In this document: positions 1 to 9,060 of the stretch, in pieces | Layout of the letters: every line of letters begins with the position of its first letter | Numbering within the stretch: the stretch's first letter is position 1 | Program-made: the position numbers and the translations under genes | Notes under the pieces: generated by a model | What the model was told of the DNA's origin: nothing | What the model saw: only the letters and a program-made list of their open reading frames with translations | Database searches by the model: none | Source: an uncultured Nisaea sp. | GTDB lineage: Bacteria; Pseudomonadota; Alphaproteobacteria; Thalassobaculales; Thalassobaculaceae | DNA: 64,000 nucleotides | NCBI GenBank assembly: GCA_964342575.1 | Contig: CAYFGZ010000001.1 | Location: forward strand, 6,310 to 70,309 | Reading direction: 5' to 3'

Positions 1-663
1 ACTGCTCAGAGTGGTGGTGATATTCTCATGGAAATAACTAACCCCGACGGAAGTATCGCGGAAGCATGTGGTAACGGCACACGGTGTGTCGCCCAGTTGT
101 TGATGACCGAGACCGGCCTCGATACTGTCATTGTTGAAACCATCGCCGGTATGCTTTCATGCAATCGCGTTGCTGGTCATCTTGTTACCGTGGATATGGG
201 CAGAGCCTTAACTTCTTGGCATGAAATTCCTTTGGCACGTGACGCGGACACGCTCAATGTCAAATTAAAAAACGCTCCGTTTGATAACTGCACGTGCGTA
301 AACATCGGCAATCCACACGCGGTGTTTTTTACTGAGGATTGTGGAGAAATACCCCTAGAAAAAGTTGGGCCAATCATTGAAAATCATGAAATATTTCCTG
401 AGCGCACTAATGTCGAGTTCGCGACGATTTTGTCGCCAAATAAAATAAGGATGCGTGTTTGGGAACGCAGTGCTGGAATAACAACCGCCTGCGGCTCAGG
501 AGCTTGCGCCGTATTAGTTGCTGCTGTTAGAAAACAATTCGTAAGCTCCAAAGCAGATGTTATACTAGATGGCGGGACGCTTTCTGTTGAATGGACAAAG
601 GATAACCGAGTCTTAATGACAGGACCTACCTCGATGAGCTACCGGGGACAATTTGAAGTATGA
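1..663 (+). CDS. dapF: diaminopimelate epimerase (5' end cut by window edge)
   Basis: The frame is open from base 1. Motifs GNGTRCVA, NIGNPHAVFF and ACGSGACA match the two catalytic-Cys loops of DapF. Confidence 0.95.
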   Translation, partial: TAQSGGDILMEITNPDGSIAEACGNGTRCVAQLLMTETGLDTVIVETIAGMLSCNRVAGHLVTVDMGRALTSWHEIPLARDADTLNVKLKNAPFDNCTCVNIGNPHAVFFTEDCGEIPLEKVGPIIENHEIFPERTNVEFATILSPNKIRMRVWERSAGITTACGSGACAVLVAAVRKQFVSSKADVILDGGTLSVEWTKDNRVLMTGPTSMSYRGQFEV

Positions 664-746
664 TGTTATTGCTAAGTTGAATTGTTACTTATTTTATGGC
701 TCGATACTATTGCTTTTAATTTTATTTTACTAAGTCTCTCTTAATC

Positions 747-2027
747 ATGACCCCTAAACACGAACATATCAATAAAGTTGAAACTTTTGGCTGCAGGCTC
801 AACGCCTTTGAATCCAAAGTTATTGAAGACAATCTGCCTAAAGATTTCACGCGGCCACGTATTGTTTTTAATTCCTGCGCAGTTACCTCGGAAGCGGAAA
901 GACAAGTTCGACAAGCGATTCGGAAAGCTCGCAGGAAAAACCCTAATGCTGAAATAATTGTCACCGGGTGTGCCGCACAAATAAATCCTATAATGTTCCA
1001 CCGTATGCCCGAAGTCGATAGGGTTCTCGGCAACGAAGAAAAATTAGACCCACATATTTGGGGCAAAAACAATTGTTCTGAATTCGCTGTAAACAACATA
1101 ATGGATGTTAAAAAAGTTGCACCGCAACTTATTTCTGGTTTCAATGGACGTTTGCGAGCCTTTGCTCAAGTGCAGCAAGGCTGTGATCATCGTTGCACAT
1201 TTTGCATTATACCTTACGGGCGGGGAAACAGTCGCTCTGTTCCAATAGGCGAAATTGTCAAACAAGCGCAAATCCTCATAAATAATGGATATCGAGAGCT
1301 CGTTCTGACTGGAGTGGATATTACTTCTTATGGCTCAGATCTACCCGGAAAGCCCCAATTGGGAAGTATGATAAAACGGTTATTGGCCAATGTGGAGGGC
1401 ATAGAAAGGCTCAGGTTATCCTCTATAGATCCGAGTGAGTTGGATAACGATTTATTGGATTTAATTTCTAACGAACCTCGACTCATGCCTCACCTGCATC
1501 TAAGCATTCAAGCGGGCGATGATCTTATTTTAAAACGCATGAAGCGCCGTCACTCTAGAAGTACCATTTCGCAAATTTCGAACCTCTTAGAAACTCTTAG
1601 ACCTGGCATTGTACTCGGGGCCGATCTTATAGCCGGGTTCCCAACGGAAACTGATGACATGTTTCAAAGATCGTTGGATCTTATCTTCGAAGCGAACCTA
1701 ATCCACTTGCACGTTTTCCCATATTCACCGCGGCAGGGAACACCCGCCGCGAAAATGCCGCAGGTGTCCGCTAGCGTTAGAAAAGAACGGGCGCGCATTC
1801 TTCGTGACGCTGGAAAAGAAGTAATGACCCATTATCTAAGAAATCGCGTGGGATCCACCGAAAACGTTTTGATTGAAAAAAACGGTGCCGGGTATACTGA
1901 ACATTTTGTTCCAATGAGCGTTGAAGGATCAAGTGTTCCTGGCACGATAGTTTCAGCGTTAGTACAAAAAGTCCGAGAAACTAAACTGATTGGAAAGGTA
2001 TTTTCGGAAGGGTCGGTGCGAAATTGA
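747..2027 (+). CDS. mtaB: MiaB-like radical-SAM methylthiotransferase (tRNA t6A37 methylthiotransferase MtaB type)
   Basis: It has an N-terminal UPF0004 region (VETFGCRLNAFES) and a radical-SAM CDHRCTFC motif. The dapF-mtaB-ftsY order is typical of alphaproteobacteria. Confidence 0.9.
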   Translation: MTPKHEHINKVETFGCRLNAFESKVIEDNLPKDFTRPRIVFNSCAVTSEAERQVRQAIRKARRKNPNAEIIVTGCAAQINPIMFHRMPEVDRVLGNEEKLDPHIWGKNNCSEFAVNNIMDVKKVAPQLISGFNGRLRAFAQVQQGCDHRCTFCIIPYGRGNSRSVPIGEIVKQAQILINNGYRELVLTGVDITSYGSDLPGKPQLGSMIKRLLANVEGIERLRLSSIDPSELDNDLLDLISNEPRLMPHLHLSIQAGDDLILKRMKRRHSRSTISQISNLLETLRPGIVLGADLIAGFPTETDDMFQRSLDLIFEANLIHLHVFPYSPRQGTPAAKMPQVSASVRKERARILRDAGKEVMTHYLRNRVGSTENVLIEKNGAGYTEHFVPMSVEGSSVPGTIVSALVQKVRETKLIGKVFSEGSVRN

Positions 2028-2962
2028 CTACTAATACAAGTACCCCCAAGGGGTGGATTAGAAAGTTAAAAAATGGGCTTTCTGCATCTTCCAACAAAAT
2101 GGTTTCTGGCATAACTGGACTTTTGAAAGAACGACGGCTGAATGGCGATACGTTAGAGCAGTTAGAAGATTTACTCATTGGCTCAGATTTAGGTGTTGAG
2201 GCTGCTAACTTGCTTACAATTAAACTTGCAAAACAACGGTTTGATAAAAAGGTAACAAATGAAGAGGTAAGGACCTCTTTTTCTGCTGATATCGTTGACA
2301 TTTTGACCCCAGTGGCAAAACCGATCATCGTTGATGATTCGCTAAAACCTCAGGTAATTCTAGTCTGTGGCGTTAATGGGAGCGGAAAAACAACAACTAT
2401 TGGAAAGTTAGCTCATCAATGGAAAGAAGAAGGAAAAAACGTCTGGCTGGCGGCGGGAGATACCTTTCGAGCGGCCGCCATCGAGCAACTCGAAGTCTGG
2501 GGACAACGAACTGGAACCCCTGTAATCGCGCACCCGCAAGGTAGTGATCCAGCAGCCTTAGCTTTCGATGCAGTACAACAAAGTCGCTTGGATAAGGCCG
2601 ACATACTGATAATTGATACCGCCGGTAGATTGCAAAACCGCACCGAACTAATGGATGAGCTTGCCAAGATGGTCCGGGTGATAAAGAAGCAAATACCTGA
2701 AGCGCCTCATGATTGCGTACTGGTTTTGGATGGAACCGTGGGCCAAAATGCTCACAGCCAAGTGCAAAATTTTGGAGATATGGTTGATATTTCCGGGCTT
2801 ATAGTCACGAAACTTGATGGATCCGCCAAAGGAGGGGTTGTTGTGGCGCTTGCCGAAAAGTTTGGGCTGCCTATACATGCTGTGGGAGTAGGCGAAGGTG
2901 TAGACGATCTCAGGCCGTTTGATCCCATTACATTTTCAAGAAGCCTAATGGGTTTGGATTGA
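2024..2962 (+). CDS. ftsY: signal recognition particle receptor FtsY
   Basis: SRP-GTPase motifs GVNGSGKTTTIGKLA, DTAGRL and TKLDGSAKGG are present. The start overlaps the mtaB stop by 4 nt. Confidence 0.95.
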   Translation: MTTNTSTPKGWIRKLKNGLSASSNKMVSGITGLLKERRLNGDTLEQLEDLLIGSDLGVEAANLLTIKLAKQRFDKKVTNEEVRTSFSADIVDILTPVAKPIIVDDSLKPQVILVCGVNGSGKTTTIGKLAHQWKEEGKNVWLAAGDTFRAAAIEQLEVWGQRTGTPVIAHPQGSDPAALAFDAVQQSRLDKADILIIDTAGRLQNRTELMDELAKMVRVIKKQIPEAPHDCVLVLDGTVGQNAHSQVQNFGDMVDISGLIVTKLDGSAKGGVVVALAEKFGLPIHAVGVGEGVDDLRPFDPITFSRSLMGLD

Positions 2963-3047
2963 TTTCATTTTTGCCTTTTATGGGCCAACCTGATCCCTTA
3001 AACTTCCGGAGCTGTTTCTAGTCATTCTACCTTTGGGAGATCAAAAA

Positions 3048-4100
3048 ATGTCGACTGCCCGTGGCGCAACCCCCGAATCTGATCGGCCCAACTTTTATGC
3101 TCGAATCTCCGACTATAGTATGACGCCTCTCTGGGAAGTAATGAAAGATTTAGTGCTTCCTGAACCCGATAGTCCGTGCATCCCAGCTCTTTGGAAATAC
3201 TCCGACATCCGTCCTCTTATACTTGAGGCCGGGAAAGTCATAACAACAGAGGAAGCTGAGCGTCGTGTCCTAATTCTCGAAAACCCTGGCATGCCCGGAA
3301 AATCTCGGATAACTCGCTCTATCTACGCCGGCATGCAGTTAATTCAACCGGGTGAAATAGCAAATAATCACAGACATACTCAAACTGCCCTCCGCTTTGT
3401 TTTGGAAGGTTCCGGCAGCTATACAGCAGTGGGTGGTGAACGAACGATGATGCACCCGGGGGATTTCATAATAACACCACAATGGGCATGGCACGAACAT
3501 GGAAATGATGGAGAAGTTCCAACCGTATGGTTGGATGGCCTTGATATACCGATTGTACAATTTTTTGATTCTAGCTTTTCACAACACAAGCAAAACAGTA
3601 AACAGTACGATACAATAAAACCTACTGGCGACTCCATCGCTCGGTACGGAAGCGGGCTTCTTCCCGTTGATCAACCTGCTAGCGGGTTATCGTCACCTGT
3701 TTTCAACTACCCATTCGAAAGAACAAGAGAGGCACTGGAGACCATGCGACGAGATGAACAATGGGACCCATGTCACGGCCTAAAGATGAAATATGTAAAT
3801 CCTCTGACAGGAGACTACGCGATGCCAACCATGGCTGCTTTTATACAACTTTTGCCCGCTGGGTTTAATGGTGTTCGTTATCAGTCCACCGATAGTATGG
3901 TCTATGTATGTGTAGAAGGAAGCGGAAAAACAACGCTGGATGATCAGGAACTACTGTGGTCCGAAAAGGACACTTTCGTAATTCCAAGCTGGATGCGGCA
4001 TTCTCACCAAGCCAACGACGACGCGATTCTGTTTAGCTTCTCTGATCGTTCCATCCAACAAAAGTGCGGATTGTGGAAAGAATTTAGAGAGAACGAATAA
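3048..4100 (+). CDS. gentisate 1,2-dioxygenase-like bicupin
   Basis: The metal and cupin motifs HRHTQTALRFVLEGSG...MHPGDFIITPQWAWHEHGN match the gentisate dioxygenase pattern. I chose the ATG at 3048, preceded by GGGAG, over the TTG at 3033. Confidence 0.8.
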   Translation: MSTARGATPESDRPNFYARISDYSMTPLWEVMKDLVLPEPDSPCIPALWKYSDIRPLILEAGKVITTEEAERRVLILENPGMPGKSRITRSIYAGMQLIQPGEIANNHRHTQTALRFVLEGSGSYTAVGGERTMMHPGDFIITPQWAWHEHGNDGEVPTVWLDGLDIPIVQFFDSSFSQHKQNSKQYDTIKPTGDSIARYGSGLLPVDQPASGLSSPVFNYPFERTREALETMRRDEQWDPCHGLKMKYVNPLTGDYAMPTMAAFIQLLPAGFNGVRYQSTDSMVYVCVEGSGKTTLDDQELLWSEKDTFVIPSWMRHSHQANDDAILFSFSDRSIQQKCGLWKEFRENE

Positions 4101-4146
4101 AACGCTTTATAAATCCCTGCCAACAACAGTTTTTGAGCAAAATAAT

Positions 4147-4941
4147 ATGAAAATCACTACATGGAATATAAATTCAGTTCGACTACGGGCCTCTTTAGTC
4201 ACAAAACTATTAAAAGATGTTCAGCCCGACGTGCTATGCCTTCAGGAAACCAAATGTCCTGATGAGCTTTTTCCATATCAATCTTTTTATGATATCGGTT
4301 ATCGCCATATCGCCGTTCACGGTATGAAAGGTTACAATGGCGTTGCCCTAGTATCTCGGCTGCCCTTCAAAAATGAACAACGCTTAGATTGGGTAGACAA
4401 ATCTGACTGTAGACACATCTCGGCAACTTTTCCTAAAAATATTGAATTGCACAATTTTTACGTTCCAGCCGGGGGAGACGAGCCAGATATCGAAAAAAAC
4501 GAAAAGTTTGCCCATAAACTAGAATTTTTAAAAGAAGTAAAAGAATGGTTTATCTCAGAGCGACAAAGCGCAGATCCTATTATCCTCGTTGGCGATCTTA
4601 ACATAGCGCCTTTAGAATCCGATGTGTGGTCACACAAACAACTATTGAATGTCGTTTCTCATACTCCTGTAGAAGTTCAACATCTCAACAACCTTATGAA
4701 TTCCCTTGACTGGACAGACGCCATTCGTCATCTGATACCCGAACCCGAGAAATTATATACTTGGTGGAGTTACCGAGCTCGTGATTGGGCTGTTTCAAAC
4801 CGAGGCCGACGTCTGGACCACATTTGGGTGACACCCCCACTGCTAGAAAATATCGCAGGTTCTAGCATCTCCAAAACTGCCCGGGGATGGGAAAAACCAT
4901 CAGATCATGTGCCGGTAACGACTGAACTTTCTATCCGTTAA
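4147..4941 (+). CDS. xthA: exodeoxyribonuclease III
   Basis: EEP nuclease motifs WNINSVR, LCLQETK, GDLNIAP and SDHVPV are present. Confidence 0.93.
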   Translation: MKITTWNINSVRLRASLVTKLLKDVQPDVLCLQETKCPDELFPYQSFYDIGYRHIAVHGMKGYNGVALVSRLPFKNEQRLDWVDKSDCRHISATFPKNIELHNFYVPAGGDEPDIEKNEKFAHKLEFLKEVKEWFISERQSADPIILVGDLNIAPLESDVWSHKQLLNVVSHTPVEVQHLNNLMNSLDWTDAIRHLIPEPEKLYTWWSYRARDWAVSNRGRRLDHIWVTPPLLENIAGSSISKTARGWEKPSDHVPVTTELSIR

Positions 4942-4942
4942 T

Positions 4943-5938
4943 CTAAGCTATGCTCCCTTGGAGTTCATCTTCTATAAAGGCTTCGATAACATTTTCCATA
5001 GATTTATCTCGGATAAACCCGAGATCTAACGCTTTTTTGGTGTCGAATTCAGGCGGCCATCCATCCACTATCTCTTGAATAAATGGATCGGGAATCCAAT
5101 CAATCCTACTAGCAACAACATCGCCCGCCACTGAACGTAAAGCTTCGGCAATACCGCCTATGCTCATACTAAAGCCTGGGAGAGTTACTTCTCGAGACAT
5201 GCCCCAGTTACTTTCAGTTAAATTATGGGCATGCACAATGTTCTCTATTATCGAGCGTGGCGATGCAAGGAACATCTTTGATTCCGATTTAACAGGACAA
5301 GTGGCCCTTTCTCCCCGAAGCGGCTCTCTTATTATGGAACTCGCAAATGTGGATGCTGCCTTGTTCGGTTTTCCGGGCCGGACAACAACCGTTGGAAAGC
5401 GCAACGCGCGACCATCCACAAATCCTTTTCGAGCGTAGTCGTTCACCAAAAGCTCTCCGATCACTTTTTGGGTCCCGTACGATGTTTGGGGCGTTCTTGC
5501 CGTCATATCAGCGATAACATCGGGCATGTCACCACCAAAGGCAGCACAAGAACTCGCAAAAACAAGTTTCGGTTTAGTGCCATGACCTCTGCATATATCT
5601 AGAATGCAACGAGAGGCATCCAGATTCACGGCTAGACCGAGGTCGAAGTCTTCTTCCGCTCCCGCACTCACCACCGCAGCTAAATGAAATACACTATTTG
5701 TATCAGAAGGTATTGCCTGTTCCAACAGACTTCTATCCGTGATATCGCCTGTCAACACGGTTATTCGCGGGTCGAATTTCAAATCTTCTGGGGGCTCAAC
5801 CACATCTAACAGAGTTATTTTTTCCACTTGTGCCTGAGATCCCGTTTCAGACGACAATACGTTTGCGCCCAGTAATCGCCGCGCTAACTTTTGCCCTAAA
5901 AACCCAGATCCGCCAGTTATCGTTATATTCATCCTCAC
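4943..5938 (-). CDS. NAD-dependent epimerase/dehydratase family dehydrogenase (D-erythronate dehydrogenase DenD-like by context)
   Basis: It has a Rossmann TGGSGFLG motif and a catalytic SYGTQK (YxxxK). It sits next to OtnI-like and OtnK-like genes. Confidence 0.6.
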   Translation of the reverse strand: MRMNITITGGSGFLGQKLARRLLGANVLSSETGSQAQVEKITLLDVVEPPEDLKFDPRITVLTGDITDRSLLEQAIPSDTNSVFHLAAVVSAGAEEDFDLGLAVNLDASRCILDICRGHGTKPKLVFASSCAAFGGDMPDVIADMTARTPQTSYGTQKVIGELLVNDYARKGFVDGRALRFPTVVVRPGKPNKAASTFASSIIREPLRGERATCPVKSESKMFLASPRSIIENIVHAHNLTESNWGMSREVTLPGFSMSIGGIAEALRSVAGDVVASRIDWIPDPFIQEIVDGWPPEFDTKKALDLGFIRDKSMENVIEAFIEDELQGSIA

Positions 5939-5949
5939 TCATCGCTCTT

Positions 5950-6723
5950 CTACATATCTTGCATCCATCCCAAGCCTGCTACTGTCTCGCCCTTAGGTCG
6001 ATACTCACAACCAACCCAGCCATCATAGCCAAGTTGGTCCATTAGCTGGAATAAATATTTATAGTTAATTTCACCAATATTTGGTTCGTGTCTACCGGGG
6101 GTGCCGGCTATTTGCATATGGACCGTAATATCTAAAAATTCTTTCAAGTGCTCGGCTAGGTCACCCTCCATTATCTGACAGTGATATAAATCAAACTGTA
6201 ACTTAACGTTTTCAGCAGCAACATCCTCGATTATCCTCCGAGCCTGATTCTGATAATTTAGAAAATAGCCAGGTATATCGCGAGTATTAATTGGTTCTAT
6301 TATCAAACTTTTTCCGCGTGCGGCCGCTACTGGAGCCGCACGTTTCAAGTTTTCTACTAAAGTCGTCCTATGTTTTTGAAAATCACTTCTATTTTTTACC
6401 AAACCGCTCATGGCATGAATGTGCTGGTTCTCGAGGACCTCAGCATAGTCAAGAGCCAGATCCACAGCCTGTTCGAATTCTCCCTCTCGGCCTGGAATGG
6501 ATGCTAATCCTCGCTCGTTCTTTTCCCAGTCTCCGGGGTAAGTGTTGAATAGTACCTGCTTTAACTCAAACTTGTCGAGCCTGGTTTTTATCTCTTCTGC
6601 GGAATATTCGTAGGGAAATAAAAATTCCACGGCCCGGAAACCAGCAGCTGCGGCAGCCGAAAAACGGTCCAAAAACTCATATTCATTAAACATCATGGAA
6701 ATATTAGCAGCGAAGTTTGGCAT
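5950..6723 (-). CDS. hydroxypyruvate isomerase family protein (2-oxo-tetronate isomerase OtnI-like)
   Basis: The family-typical N-terminus MPNFAANISMMFNE and the C-terminal GCEYRP motif are present. I moved the start to that Met; the ORF track extends to 6765. Confidence 0.7.
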   Translation of the reverse strand: MPNFAANISMMFNEYEFLDRFSAAAAAGFRAVEFLFPYEYSAEEIKTRLDKFELKQVLFNTYPGDWEKNERGLASIPGREGEFEQAVDLALDYAEVLENQHIHAMSGLVKNRSDFQKHRTTLVENLKRAAPVAAARGKSLIIEPINTRDIPGYFLNYQNQARRIIEDVAAENVKLQFDLYHCQIMEGDLAEHLKEFLDITVHMQIAGTPGRHEPNIGEINYKYLFQLMDQLGYDGWVGCEYRPKGETVAGLGWMQDM

Positions 6724-6768
6724 GTCTGACAAGCACCCACGTTTTTTATTATAAAAGGATTCCACTAA

Positions 6769-6796
6769 TCTGTACTATACAATTTAGCGGTACAGA
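6769..6796. promoter_or_regulatory. possible operator palindrome in the otnI-like/otnK-like divergent promoter
   Basis: The sequence is TCTGTAC-N14-GTACAGA, with 7-bp perfect arms. Confidence 0.3.
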
Positions 6797-6845
6797 CTAC
6801 TCTAACTAGATTCATTGTCAAAAGTCGTTTTTAAAGGAAGTATAA

Positions 6846-8114
6846 ATGGGAATAATTCTCGGTTGTATCGCAGACGATTTCACCGGCGCGACTGACCTGG
6901 CCAACATGTTGGTAAAGGGAGGCCTCAGAACCGTTCAGTTGCTGGGGGTTCCTAACTCCGACGACCCTGTGCCAACAGGCGATGCAATCGTCGTAGCCTT
7001 AAAGTCTAGGACAATTTCTCGGGCTGACGCTGTCTCTCAATCGTTGACAACACTGGAATGGCTGAAAAAAACCGGGGCTCGACAATTCTTTTTTAAATAC
7101 TGTTCAACATTCGACTCAACCGACCAAGGTAACATAGGCCCTGTGGTGGAGGCCCTCATGGAGGATTTAGATACAAATTTCACTGTAGCGTGCCCCGCTT
7201 TCCCAGAGACAGGGCGGACTGTGTTTAAGGGTCACCTATTTGTTGGAGATACTTTATTGTCAAACTCTCATATGCGGCAACACCCTTTAACGCCGATGAC
7301 AGACAGCAACCTCGTTGCAGTCCTTAATCGCCAGACAGATCTAAAAATAGGCCTTGTTCCGCATCACCAGGTAAGTGCTGGATCCGACACCATCCGCAAA
7401 GCCTTCAATAAATTGAAAGAGCAAGACATAGGCATTGCAATCACGGACGCTATTCAAGACGAGGATCTATTAATTTTAGGTGAGGCACTTTCTGACTTTC
7501 AGCTCATTACTGGCGGATCAGGCATTGCAATTGGTCTTCCAGATAATTATCGGAAAGCAGGACTTCTCAATACTACTCGCACGAATACGCAACTGCCCCC
7601 TGTGGAAGGCCCCGGCCTTGTGCTATCTGGAAGTTGCTCAGAGATGACTTGTAAACAAGTGGAAGAATTTTCTAAAACACACGCAAGCTATCAACTTGAT
7701 CCCATAGAACTTGTAACCGACCCACAGTCGATTGAAAGTGCAATCGCCTGGGCAAAGCAAAATATTGTAGCTGGCCCTGTTCTGCTATATGCAAGCGCAC
7801 CCCCCGAGGCCGTTCAAATGGCCCAAAGTAAACTGGGGCGCCAAAGGGCCGGGGAGGTCGTTGAAAGCGCTATGGCTGAAATATCCCAGGAAATGGTCGC
7901 TGACGGTGTTCGGCGGCTTGTTGTAGCTGGAGGAGAAACCGCTGGTGCTGTTATGACGCGGCTCAAGATAAGGGGCTTATTAATCGGAGAACAAATAGAT
8001 CCAGGGGTGCCGGGCACACTAACTATGGGAACCCCTCAGATTGCTCTGGCGCTAAAGTCTGGGAATTTTGGATCCATCGACTTTTTTGAAAGGGCCTTGC
8101 GGGTAATGCCATGA
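6846..8114 (+). CDS. four-carbon acid-sugar kinase (DUF1537 family, 3-oxo-tetronate kinase OtnK-like)
   Basis: The N-terminal IADDFTGATDLA motif is characteristic of DUF1537 kinases, and the ~420 aa length fits. Confidence 0.75.
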   Translation: MGIILGCIADDFTGATDLANMLVKGGLRTVQLLGVPNSDDPVPTGDAIVVALKSRTISRADAVSQSLTTLEWLKKTGARQFFFKYCSTFDSTDQGNIGPVVEALMEDLDTNFTVACPAFPETGRTVFKGHLFVGDTLLSNSHMRQHPLTPMTDSNLVAVLNRQTDLKIGLVPHHQVSAGSDTIRKAFNKLKEQDIGIAITDAIQDEDLLILGEALSDFQLITGGSGIAIGLPDNYRKAGLLNTTRTNTQLPPVEGPGLVLSGSCSEMTCKQVEEFSKTHASYQLDPIELVTDPQSIESAIAWAKQNIVAGPVLLYASAPPEAVQMAQSKLGRQRAGEVVESAMAEISQEMVADGVRRLVVAGGETAGAVMTRLKIRGLLIGEQIDPGVPGTLTMGTPQIALALKSGNFGSIDFFERALRVMP

Positions 8115-8191
8115 AATTTATTCAGCGCAACGCTCTGTCCCTGGCAAAAACACAATGCACTGGCTGAAAATAATAGGATACGGTCAAATCA

Positions 8192-9007
8192 ATGCTAAGG
8201 AAAAATGGACGAGCTTTTGACTTAATTGACTCGGGGTATGGCCCTCCGTTGCTGTTCGTCCCCGGTTCTTTTAGCACACCCGCAGCATGGCGGGGAGTTC
8301 AGGAACACATAAGAGGAAAATACCGGCTCCTAACCACCAGCCTCTGTGGATATGGGAAAACCAGCGAAAGCCGGAGCGTGAAAGATAATTTGATCCATCA
8401 TGAGATAGAGATACTGGAGACTATAGCTCAGGAAATTAACGAACCGCTTCATTTGATAGGTCACTCCTTTGGGGGCACCGTCTGTTTAGCCGCAGTACTG
8501 GAGGACGCTTTTCCAATAGCAAGCGTTACAACATTTGAGGCCAATCCCGTCAATTTAGTCAAAAATAGTTTTAAACCAGAACTCTTCTTGCAAGTAAAAC
8601 AGGCGAGCCGACTCTTCCAAGCAGAATATTCTGCAGGCAATAATGACGCTGCAGAATTCATTATAGATTTTTGGGGTGGTTCTGGATCTTTTACTGCGTT
8701 ACCAGAAGAGGTTAGGGAGTATTGTCGAAAAACGGCAGGCGCCAATATTCTTGATTGGCTGACAGCATACAGCTTTCTGGCCATTCAACGTGATTATGAA
8801 AAAATAGGTGTGCCCGCACTAATAGTAAGAGGTGAAATGGCAAATAGCGCAATGATAGAAATTACTGAAATACTATGCAAAAGTATAAAACACTCAAAAT
8901 CGGCTATTGTCGAAGGTTCGAATCATTTCTTAATAAATACCCATCCTGATAAATGCGCCAAACTAATCAACTGGTTTCTTTCAATTCTGCATAACAAAGC
9001 GAGGTAG
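8192..9007 (+). CDS. alpha/beta-fold hydrolase
   Basis: It has the nucleophile elbow HLIGHSFGG and the ~270 aa length typical of this fold. Confidence 0.8.
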   Translation: MLRKNGRAFDLIDSGYGPPLLFVPGSFSTPAAWRGVQEHIRGKYRLLTTSLCGYGKTSESRSVKDNLIHHEIEILETIAQEINEPLHLIGHSFGGTVCLAAVLEDAFPIASVTTFEANPVNLVKNSFKPELFLQVKQASRLFQAEYSAGNNDAAEFIIDFWGGSGSFTALPEEVREYCRKTAGANILDWLTAYSFLAIQRDYEKIGVPALIVRGEMANSAMIEITEILCKSIKHSKSAIVEGSNHFLINTHPDKCAKLINWFLSILHNKAR

Positions 9008-9060
9008 CGTGACGAAGGAAGCCGTCTTTGTTACAGCGTTTACGCCATTTTTTTCCTGCT

